A stretch of 64,000 nucleotides of DNA from Guillardia theta CCMP2712 (Eukaryota; Protista; Cryptophyta): the NCBI RefSeq assembly GCF_000315625.1, contig NW_005434606.1, positions 24,057-88,056 on the forward strand, written 5' to 3'. Positions 37,736 through 49,700 of this stretch are shown here, piece after piece. Positions within the stretch are counted from its first letter, which is position 1. The number at the start of each line of letters is the position of its first letter. The notes beneath the pieces were generated by a model, which was given only the letters and a program-made list of their open reading frames with translations, was not told the DNA's origin and searched no databases. A program made the translations under genes and the position numbers.

Positions 37736-40700
37736 ATGCCGTCGATTCTCTTCCTGTTTTCTCAAGTAAATTCCTCGGATGACGCAAAAATCACAGTGGA
37801 AGGGGACACGATCGACGTAAAGAATAAATCTTTCGTGCTTTATAGGCTGAAGGGCAAAGGACTCTTGCAAAGTTTGGCAGAAGTATTGATGAAATACTAC
37901 AATTGTTCTGTCAGTTTTCATGACGGTACTCAGAGTAGAGAATTCCAGCTTTCCCTGCCGAAAAAAGTTGATTTAAATATCTGTATTGTTCGGGGGGCAT
38001 CGGAGTTTGCTTCTTCCAATGGCTTGTCTCATGCATTTTGCTCTTGGTGTTCTCAAAATCTGATGAGCAATGATATCAAGCTAGTTCGCCAAAAACTGGA
38101 ATTGGTGTTTGACACAGACAGGAACTGTTCTGTAGTCGTGCTGGAGGGATCTAAAGGTAATGTGACTGGCCCAATACGTTTCTGTGACGTGCTCACGTCG
38201 GATGAATTTTCATCACAAGTCATCTGTGACATTTTCAATCGTCCGGAGATGTCTTTGTCCCGATCCATTGCACTTTTCTCGGCGAAACTGAGAAGTCTGA
38301 TAGCCTGGACACCACTTCACGCAGTTTTTCATCAGCACATAGTTCATGACTTTAGCTCTTGCATGAGCAAGGCTGAGCGCAAATCAATCATCGACTCTAT
38401 TTCACCTACTCAATTGGATACAGTGTTTGACACCCTCAGGCTCCCTCAATATGTGAGAATTTTCCTGGCCTTCACTTCGTCCTACTTCTCATCAGCATTT
38501 GATAGCGAACTTGAAAAACTTGTTTTGACAGACTGCCCTGATTCTTTCAATGGTGATCAAGACTTCGCCCTGCTGGCGGTGATGATAGATTCTTACATGC
38601 TGTTGGCTCAGAAAAGGACCTTCAGAGAAACAATTCGGCATGTCAAGGTCGCGGGATCATTTTCAGTCGCTGCACTCGCAACGGTACTGAATGTGAGAGA
38701 TCAACCTACTGGACGACTTGAGGTGATGCTGACTCCGAGAGTAGATTTTAACTCGGTACAACTCCAATCAGTCAATTCGTTTCTGACTTCTTTTTCTGGA
38801 ACACGTTCACATTCAAGAATTCTTTCAACGTTTGTCTCAATATTGAATAGATGTTGTGCGCAAATGATCCTAACGACTGGACCCTCAGACGCATGGAGCA
38901 TTTTCAATCCAATACTTTCCGTCAATCAAATCATTGAAAATACAATCAAAGCAAGAAACAAAACAAGACTGATAGATGTCATTGGTGAGCTGCAAACCTT
39001 GAGTACCAAAGACAAGAATTTCCTCAATAACAACATTAATGGCGTCTCAAATGCTATGGTAAGGATGAGCAAGTGCGAAATCGAACGTAGATACTTGAGG
39101 TCGTTTCTTAGGAACATGCAAGTTGCAAAGCTAGAAAGGAACTTCGAAGAGTTTAATTTTGTTCACTTCTGTGACCAAGAGCACTTCTGTCAATTGATCA
39201 AGCAAAATGACTGGCTTCTGAATGCAGATGAAGCATTTATTGATTGGCCCTTGCTGCTCTCACAACAGTCTGAAAATCAAAAATTGTTCGCTCTCCACTA
39301 CATCGAGAACTGGCTGGCAAACAAGCTGCCAGAAGTCACTCGATTCTTGCAATCACTGAGCAACTTGCGATATTCTCCATGGACTAAAACTGAAACGAAG
39401 ATTGATCAATTTGCGATAAGCCCTGAATTGTACCTGACATTTCAAGAACTTTATGATTATTGTGTTTGTAATGTCAAACTATCGGATGCCAGGGGAGCAT
39501 TGGGCGATTTGAATGTGATTTTTCTGCTCCGAAACCATCAGCTCTGGTCTTCAAAGTTGGTTTCAGCAATATTAAAGTCTCGTCCCCTAGAGCACCTGAG
39601 TACCGATCTCAGAAACGAGCGCATTTCTATACCGATAACTTTCATACGATTCTTGACCACAGAAACAGAGGCCGATGCGAAATCGAACAATACAAACTTT
39701 GGCGCATGGTATGGTGAAAAGCTGCGAATGAAACAGACGGCAAAGAGTTTTGAGATTTTTCTGCCGCCGAAGGATGTTGCCGAGCAGACGAAAGCGAGCA
39801 CCGCATTCCGGGATTGGTTGAAACGAACTGTCAGTCATGTGGAGACAGAAGCAACAAAAAACCATTTCAAACTTCTTCAAGACAGACTTAGATCTGCACA
39901 GCTGATGACCTTTCCTGAATGCTACATTTCTGCCGACAATAATGCAATAGAAGCCATTGATTTTCAGAAGGCTGTCAACATCTTTCGTGACAAAGTTTCA
40001 GATTCCGAGCTGTTCAATTCATGCGCAAGGAAACTGTTGAGTACCTGTGAGGCAAATGGAACTTTCCAAGCAATCTATAAAGCAAGAGAGCTAGCTGTGC
40101 AAATGCTTCTTGAGACGATCAGGGGAGAAAAACATCACAAAGATGTCAAATCAAGAACTTCCAGTCAGGTGAACAAAAGCAAAGAGATTGAAGCCCTTGA
40201 ATGCCTGCTGCCCCAAAATGCTTGTCGCGAGAGTGATCGAAAGGAACTCCTCTCGGTCTATTATGAGTTTGTTCACTCTGATCCAGCAGTCATCTTCAAC
40301 TACTCCAAGAACATGATTTTCTTCTTCAAAGATGTGCTCAAATCAAACATCCCTCCTCGACTTCAAAGCTTTGTCACCCAGTATGAAGGGATTGACTTAA
40401 AAAAGCTTACCATGCTTGGTGAAAAATTGAAATGGGACGATCATGACTTGATTTGCAACGCAATTCTCCATCCTCAGGTGGGAACCTTTCGTCACATGCT
40501 CGTACAATTTCGGGATGACATTCTTGATAAGACGGCAGAGCATTGCTGGCCACAGATAGATTCTTTGTCACAGCTTGCCCCAATCTTGTCATTCCTCGGA
40601 GAAGTTTGTCCGACAAGAGATTCGTTAGAAAGAAAGTTGAAAAACTTGAGAGTTATGATCATTGCCAACAGAAACTTAGCTCGACCCGTCGCTTTGCTTG

Positions 40701-43700
40701 ATTCTCTATCGCACACGGTATACGAGATGTGCAATGCGTCGCAGCCAGACGCAGCACTAGCGGCTGTGTGCAAGATATTGAAATCTCAGATCTTGATCAA
40801 TGTGGCAGAGGCAAACCTCTCGATGAATCAGCTGGTTCAGTTGTTTCAGTTGGTCGATTCTCCAGACTTGATTGCAAGGAAGAATTTCAGAATCCTACGA
40901 CAGAGCAAGTTTGTGATCGACATGGAAAGACTTGCGTCCTTTGCCAGTGAGCCTTTTGATGAGGGCCAAGCAGGCTTGGTTGTTTCTCTAGAGACTGGAG
41001 ATAGCGACAGCAAATTTCGCCTACTGGGAGGTCGCGTGTGGACTAGGATAGTCGGGCAAGACATGTTTGCTTTGTTCACTGAGGTGATAGTTCAGATCAA
41101 CTCGGAGAAAGAATTGAACCCATCGGTTGAGGACCCAGAACTGGACAAAATGATTGTCAGCATCGAAGAAATGCAAGCCCGTGCCCATGAGGTTTTGAAA
41201 CTTGCGAATGTATTCCTTGAATATTTCAAACTTGGCTGGAGCTACAAATCAAGTGGAAAGATAGATTTCAACTGCGTCCAACCCGAGCAGTATAGATTGG
41301 GTGCGCTAAAGATTATGCGAGAGAAGAGACCTGAGGACGAGATCTCGTCAAAGAACTTCATCTCGAGTGAGAGCAGAAACCTCAGAGACATCTACCTCCG
41401 AGCCCGCGACCGCTTCCCTTGGACGTCATTCTGTTTTCGTAGAGACGTGATGACCATGAAAGACACTCCTTGGGTCAAACTTGTCAACGGCATAGCATCG
41501 ACCTATCCGGACGAATCTTGCGATGCTCCTCCTGCACCCACTCAACTGGAAGGTGAATTGTTTCACTGGCTGACCTCAAAGAGCAAAGCTAGCCTTGGGT
41601 CCGTGGAGTCAAAAGCAAAGTTCGAGGGCTTTCCCTTGGATGCAATTCGCTCCGGGAGTCGTATCTGGTTGGCAACAAGCGTGAACGATGACATGATGAC
41701 TGTAACGCTGTCGATGCTCCAGCTGTTGGCAGTCAACTACCCCCTGGAAACCTCCCTCCTCCCATGCGACTGCTCGGTCACTCACGAAAGTTTTCAAGGC
41801 CTAATTTGGAGGATTGAAGCAGCGTCTGAGCTGGTAGATAGAGATGCAGAATACTTTGAAGTTGCTCGCGTTCTCCTATGCCAAGGCGGAGTTGTTATCC
41901 ACAGGCCTGAGACATTAAAGCACACCATCCAAGATCTGCTGGTTTCAGCGCTGCTCAGGTACATGACTTGTTGTTCACGATCGTCGAGGGTCTACCCGGT
42001 CATCGCCTTGATTCTTCCTGAGGGCAGCAGTCGCTTTCAAACGATTCTCAGGTCCATGGTGGAAGTGAGGATGGTGAACACGTCAGAGTTGATAGCCATG
42101 CAAGAGGAGTCGATGGTCACTTGCACCAACGTGAAGTCAGTGGTGGTGATGCCGACTGTCAACTCAGCCCTAGGACGACGACCAGACGATCATCTTGTCC
42201 CTAGCGACACGTTCAGAGTGCAGCTATCCCATGAGATGACCATCCAGGACCTCGTGCGAGTCATCAAGCAGAGATCTGACGACGACAAGCCGATCTCTCT
42301 TGACTTTGGAAGCAGCTTCGCATCCTTTGCGAATGGATCTTTATCTGGAGTCATCATCTCATACTTCTTGTGGGGGGTGGTAGGGCAGCTTCACTTGCAG
42401 CCGATAGTACTTCGACATGCCACCTCCTTGTACGCAGAGATAGTTTGCGATGACAGCAGCTCCCTCAAAAGGAGGTTCCCGATCCTCAAGCTTGTGCCTC
42501 CGCAACGGATTTCGGTCATTTCACCTTTCGTGATCAATTTGGATGATAGCGTTTCAAATTTGAGTCCAAGTTTTCATCAGCTTGTTCAGTCATGCACTCA
42601 CCGCCCAGTGTATGATCGAGATGTTATGAGAGCCATGCAGGCGTTGTTTGAAGTCAACTCAGATGCTGGCAGCCCCAACAAACAACCATTGCCCTTCGTC
42701 TACACTCCTCTTGCCCTGACCATCATCAGCAAAATAGCCTTGCAGGTCAAACAGGCCTTCCAGGCTGAAGCGACAGGAACCTTTCCTGTCTTGCTCAGCG
42801 GTGACACAGGAACCGGCAAGACATACCTCTTGTACAAGTTCCTGGAGCTTCTCATGGGGAGTGGTGTGCTGGAAAACCTGAGTGACACAGTTTCAATCTA
42901 CACCCTTTCAGCAAGATTCAAAACCCGAGAGATTGAAGAACTTGGGCTGGAAATTAAGAAGGAAGCGTTCAACAAGAGTGCAGGAAAGTCCAAGAGACGG
43001 GAAGTGCCGATGGTGATCCTAGACGAAGTCACGAGCAGCCCAGCCCAAGAAGCCATCAAGCGCCTCATGGCAAACCGAGAGATCAAGAACGGAGTGTCGA
43101 ACCTCACTCGGATCAAGCACAATGACCTCATCCTGCTGGGTACCTGCAACCCTGACCCGGTGCGAGACGACGTCTTCTCCCTCTCCCAGGAGATGGAAAC
43201 AGTCAAGATCGACGTACAGAACCTTGACGCAGGTGTCAGGAGAAAGTTCATCGAAGAGCGACTGCAAGACAGAGAGTACGGGCTAAAGTTGCCGAATGCT
43301 GAAACCTTTAGGAAGGCAGTGGTGCTGATAGAAACTTCCTTCATGGCAGATGAACAGAACGCCTCCTTCATAGGCTGCGTCTCTTTGCGCGATGCTGTCC
43401 GGTGCATCTCGCTGGCTAAGAAAGCTCTCTACCACTGGCCCGATTCCTGCGGCAAGTCAATCTTTGAAATGCTCTCGCTCAGCGACCTGACGGTAGATGA
43501 CGAGCTGAGGGCGCTGGGACTGTCTTGCTACATCTGCTTTGGAATTCGAACCATCCCCCGAGCCGCCTTCTTTGAGCGGGTGGAAGCCAAGACCGGCATC
43601 GAACTGGAGCATATCATCTGCACATTTCAAGACTCGATATTGAACGAGCTTGCTATCCCATCCAATGTAGTCAAGACGCAAGCGCTCAAGGAGAACCTGA

Positions 43701-46700
43701 CAGTATCTGTGATATGCCTGGCCCTTAGACACCCGCTCCTCTTGCTCGGCTGCGACGGCACATCCAAGACGCTCTCCTTGAACATGGCGATCTCTCAGAT
43801 GCAGGGCAAGTTCTCCAAGTCGACTTTCCTTCAGGGGATATCGAGGATGCAGAGTTTCAACATTCAGCTATCGGAGGCGACCAGCGCCTCTCACATAGCC
43901 AAGATCAAGAGCACGGTCCTCGACTGGGAGAAGAAGTCCAAGTTGTCAGTGCCCTGCATCTTCATGGAGGAGCTGAGCATGGCGAAGATGGGATCCAGCG
44001 GGCCCCTCCGGGCGCTGCACGACGTGCTTGACGCGCATCAAGACACGGCAGGAGCTCAGGCAAGACATGAGATAGGGTCTGGGTCGAACCCCTTTGCCTT
44101 CGTTGCCACGAGCAACTACAAACCTGGCACCAACCAGATCCCCATCGGTCGAGCTCTTGCGAACAGGATGATCGTCTTGGCTCACCCTGACCCATCACTA
44201 GAGGACCTGAAGTCCCTGGCTGTCCGGGTGGGGATGAACGAGTCCAGCTCCAGCTCCAGCTCCAGCTCCAGCTCTGGGGATCTCAACTCCAACGACGACG
44301 AGAGAGTGAAAGAGATCATCGAAAACGCCATCGACCGTCTCTCTGTGCTGGTTCCGCACTCTGTTTCTGTTCGCTCCCTCCTCAGCTTCGCGCGATGTTT
44401 GGGGATGCAGCTCTCCAGGGGCAACGACGAGCTCGAGTCCTGCTTGCTCGCGGCCACTTGCCACCTGCAGAAGATCAACCCAGAGGAGACGAGCAAGGTC
44501 CTGCGAGCGGTCATGGGGAATGAGCGATACGAGCTTCCTAGCCTTGCCTCCGTGTTGGAGAGTTTGGCAGGCCTCAACGGCACGAAACGGCCGATCATGT
44601 TCCTTTATCAGTCAGTGGGTGACATCTACACAATCATTCGGCACGTGAGGCAGGCGATACAGAAGCAGATGAAACGATCGCAAGAGGACAGGACCCAGAA
44701 GGTGGTTGGTATATGCCCATGTAGCTCAAACAAGAGCACTGAAGGGATGCCATCGTCGGAGAAAGACTCACTGCTGCCAGAGAGACTGTACGCTCTGCTC
44801 AATCTCAAGTCGAGCGTTGAAGCTGGTGGGACCACGTTCTTGCTGAACCCGGAGCCGATGCTGCAAGGCATGCACGCGCTGCTGAATGACTTTGAGCAGA
44901 GCCATTCGACCCTGCAGATCAACGAGTGCAACGAGAACGTGTCCATCAACCCGACCTCTCACATCATCCTCCTCGTCCACTGGGAGTCTTCGCTCAGTTT
45001 CCACAGCGCCCTCCTGTCTCGCACTGCGATCGTGAACCTCGAGATGTTCGGAAGGTCGGGGAGGCGCGTGTGGGACAGCCCCTACTCGAGGATCCTGGAC
45101 TTGTACGCAAAGCAACGAGGGCTCATGGATGCAGGACAAATGGACAAAGAAATCGAACTGCTGGAGGAGTTAGAGACGCCTTTGGATAGCTTCATTCGCT
45201 CCATCGTGACTGGTGAGGGTCAGTACTATCAGCAAACTAGAGCAAAGCTCACGTTTATCTTCGTTGACAACATCTTGCCTTGTTTCGTCTGTCGCAACAG
45301 TAACATCCTAGCTGTGGACGGGGCTCGACACGACACCCAGTCCTCACTGCTGGAGGCCATACAGAACGGCGTCAAGTCCTTGGCAAACGACCTAACAGAG
45401 CATGTGTGCCTGATGATTGATCTCTCGTCCTCGGACTCTAAGAACGCCATCGAAGTTCTTGCGCTCTTGGGTTTCTCAGGTTTCACATTTCGCGTGTCTG
45501 CCAAGCCCTCGCTCTCGCAGCAGTTCATGAAACTCAGCGCGAAAGAGAGCAAGAGAGTCGTCGTCATCCTCAACTCCTGCCTCGCGCGGTCCTTCTCTTG
45601 CGGAAGATGCTCAGCATGGAAGGAGCCCAACGCGCCGATGCTGGAGCACATCATGAAGCACTACTTCATTCGAAACATCTCCATCCCATACCCTGACTGG
45701 CCATCCATCTCCGACATTGCAAAAGATCCTTCTACCTTGTTTCTGAAGTTTGTCGCAACGGTGCATGACAGGATAACAGAGACGCATGCGATGCCCAAGA
45801 CTCCCAACAAGGCAGAGTTGCTCCTTGAACTGTGTAAGACCCTCGCAACGAGCTTGGTAGGGGAGGACGACCTGAAGAACCTCCTCTTTTGTCCTTACCA
45901 AGACCTCGTGAACCTCACTGAGCTTCGTCCTCTCCAAGAGATCCAAGAGAGTCGCCTTCAGACCTTCAGCAAGGTAGTGCAGGAAGTCAGGAGGACGAGA
46001 AGCGCTCTGTCGCTCAGGTCAAGTCTAGTCGAGCGATGCTTGCAGCTTAGCGAGGTCGTGGCAGCCAAGATAGTCTCCAAGGTGTCAAAGGCCTGCCTGT
46101 TCCCTGACAAACAGAGGTTGTCGTATATCCGCGCCGTCTTGTCTTCTCAAGTGTTCCCTTGGCAACGAGATCTGATCCGCGCCAGCATGGGAGGAAGAGC
46201 GATGCTGTCTGTCGCAAGCCCCTTCCTTGTGCCGACCTCTCCGTCCGTTCAGTTCCTCCCCTTCGTCGCCGACATGCTCGAAGTTGTGCTGAGAGGAGAA
46301 GTAGGATACATGGAAGGCCACCTGGACGTTGAGACGATCCGGGGGCGTATACAGCTGTCCTTCCCTTCGCTGCTGGGGTTGGAGCTGGGCGAGATCTTCC
46401 CTGACTTCATCCGAGAGGTTATCTTGTACGTGGCGAGGAAGCACAACCTCGGCAGCAAGGGATGGCGGGACTCCTTGTCTTGTCAGTGGCTGGAAGCTGC
46501 ATCCCAAGGGGATCTAGCTCGGGCCATGTGGGTTTTGATCAATTTCGAGTCATGGATAGCAGCAGGAACACTCTTCTGCTGCCCCCCCGACCCGCACAGC
46601 AACTCGGGCAGGCGGCAAGAGGACGGTAAGGAGGACCGTTACTTGCTCGTTGAAAGTCTTGTGCGGAAGATTGTTGAAATGATGAGACAGTCAAATCAGC

Positions 46701-49700
46701 AGCGAGATGGGAACATGATCAGGTTTCACGCCATCTTGCCTCGACTCATCAAGTTTGCGATCGAGAACTTGCTGAGCAGTAGCCGAAAGTGTCACAGTGA
46801 CGCAAACTTGTCCTCCTTGTATCAAGTGACTCTTCTCTGGCAATTAAAACAGATGAGCGACGGCTCTACTGTCAAAGCTGCGTTCCATCAATCGTGCGAG
46901 GTGATCTTTGACAAGAAACTTGACAACTACCTCAACGGCTTTGAGACCAACACACTGCAACTGCTGTCGAGCGTCTTTCTCAGGTGTCACGAGATTAAAG
47001 ATCTGCCGGATAAATCAATCGCTCGGGTTGTCAACAAGCTGGGAGTAGAGCACGGAGGCCCGTCGTTCCTGGCGTCATGTGCTAGGATCAAGAACTCCGA
47101 CATCCAGGTCTTTCTCAGCTACCTGGACTTGAGCTTTCAGAGGTCCAAGGTACATCAGGTCCATGAAGTTGCTCGCCGAGAGGAGACGAGGGTGGTTGCG
47201 AGAGGACTCCGCTACTTCTTCCAAGCGACAGGTTGGAGTGTCGACGCTCTGGTCTACTTCATAATTGAGAACCGACATGCTGCCGCTTCTCCCTGGGCTG
47301 CCATGTACCTTGCGCTGAGCTCCATCCTCATACCCAGTCTCGTCCAGGACGAGAGTTTCTTGTCGCAGATCAAGGGAGAGCAGGCGACCGCGGCCGTCCA
47401 ATGGAAGCAGCTGTTTGCCCCGAGCTACAGCCTCCCGGTCAAGAACTTTCTCATCCGCTGCCTCGTCTCAAGGTTTGACGAGCGTGGGATGTATCGGCTC
47501 AAGGACTTGCCGTCTGCCGTGGGCGAATGGGCCCGGCCGTACGTGAAGAAGTTCCTGTCTGAAAGCTTCCAGGAGCTCAGCGTGCTGCCCGACTTCATGG
47601 AGCATCTGGAGCACGCGGAGACAGACTCCCCCTGGCTCTATGCCCTGACTAGGAGCTGCTGCTCTCTTAGGAGGACCCCAGCAGAAAGCCTGACGGGAGA
47701 GCAGACCTCCATGCTCGACGCCATGAGGAGCTCTCTCGAGGCGGACATGGACTTCTGCTCCGCTGCTGCCGCGCTGTGGTGCGCGATCCTGGTGATCGTC
47801 CATGACGGCACAGTGCTGACGAGCGCAAGCTTCACGCAGGAGCAGAACCTGAGCAGCCTGTGCCTCCCTGCTGCTCCTGACGGCAACCTGGAGACCATCC
47901 AGAAGTACAAGGAGATGATAGGCGTCACCTCCATCAACCGCTGCCCCTGCGGTTACGTCTACGGCATCGGAAACTGCGGCAGGCCCGACCACCAGGGACG
48001 CTGCCCGGAGTGCGGGCAGGCGCTGGGAGGAAACAATCACCAGTGGGCGAACAACGTCAGCCACACGCTCACCGGCATCGCTGACGATACAGTGCGAGGG
48101 GTTGAGACGTCCTGGTGCTTCGCTGGCCCGAGCTACACTGAGCGGGGCCTCCATCCGATGGAGTACAGGCTGCTGTCTGTGTTGCTGCTGATCCCTCTTG
48201 CTGTGTGGAGTCCAAGGAGGGGGGAGAGGAGGGAGCAGCTGGCCAAGCACTGGGCAGAGCTCAGGGCTGCCTGCGGGCTGAGCAGCGACACGGAGACGCA
48301 ACTGTTTGTCATCGGGGTGATGAAACGAGCAACGATGATGAACCGCTCCGACTTCGCGTTCACCGGGCGGAGCTTCCACGACAAGAACGACCGCCAGGCG
48401 CACGAGAAAGCCTTTAGCGAAACATTCCAACGCGTGATGGGCGGGGAGACATGTCAGGTGGTGATAGCAGAGGCTTCAAGACTCATCCAGAGCAAAGTTG
48501 AGGAGCAGTCTCCCTTCATAGAGCTGCGCGACTCCCGCATCCTTGCCATGGACCAGGAGCAGGCCAGCCGATGCTTCGCTCCTCAGGTGCTGCAAGTCGT
48601 GACGACTCGGTGGGAGGAGGAAGGAGACGAGAGGCTGATGAGCATCCGGCTGGCGGTGACGCGAGAGCCAGACAGCTTCCCGGTGCTCGCGCGATGTCTC
48701 TTTGACCGCAACTCCAGCGACGTATCGGAGGAGCACGCTCAACGGCTCGACCTCGACCTCAACCGCAAACTCTCTTGCTTCCCCAGCCTCGCCAAAGGCC
48801 TCTGGAGGGTCGGGGCAGCCGCTGCAGGCATGCAGGACCCGCCTCTCGCCAAGAATGCTCTCGAGTTCATTGAGTCTTGGATAGGAGACGCGGATGAGCT
48901 CCAACAGTTCAAGCTCAGCTGGGAGGTCTGCCGGTTCGGGCATCGCATCGGATGTCAGATCGTGTCCGACGTGGGCGACCTCTCTGCCCTACAAGTGCGA
49001 GACCTGCTGTGGGTGGCGGATAGTCCAGCTGAGGTCGGGCTGTCGCGGACTGAGCTGCTGCTGCAAACTCTCACCGACGCGCACAACCAGCAAGTCGAGC
49101 TGCTGTCACGAGGCGACTCGAGTGAGCCCGGGGAGGGTCGAGGCTTCGACGTCTCCCTGTCGACCTGGGAGACGGTCGAGCGTCTCCCCACGTTCCTCAT
49201 CCCCTGGGACGAGGCAAGGTCCGTGATCGAGAAGTTCTGCAGAGAATGTCCCAACGCGCACGTGGATGCGTCATCCCTTGAGTCGATCGCCCACCAGTGG
49301 ATCTCGCAGCGAGTCTCCTTCCTCCGCCTCCTCCTCAATGGATGGCCCAGGTTGCAGGTGCTGGACGAGAGCAGCGGGCAAGTGGCGGTAAGCTCGCAGG
49401 TTCGGTTCCTACCTGGGGAGGTGCATCGGCACATCCAGGGGTGGATGAAGGAGTATGGCCTCAGGAGAGATGTCGTCGTCGCCAGCGTCCGCCTCCTTGA
49501 CCGCATGGCCCAGCTCTTCGGGAGCTCCTCCGTCTCGGGGGAGGCGCCGCTGGTCCGGGACAGCCTAAAGAGCATGAAGCTCGAGAGCGATGTCCCTGCG
49601 CTGCTTGGGAGCATCCTGGAGGCAGGAGCCGGGCTGAAGCTGAAGTTCAAGCACTTGAAGGCGCTGCAGGAGTGCCTACTGGATCAGCTGGACTACCGGC

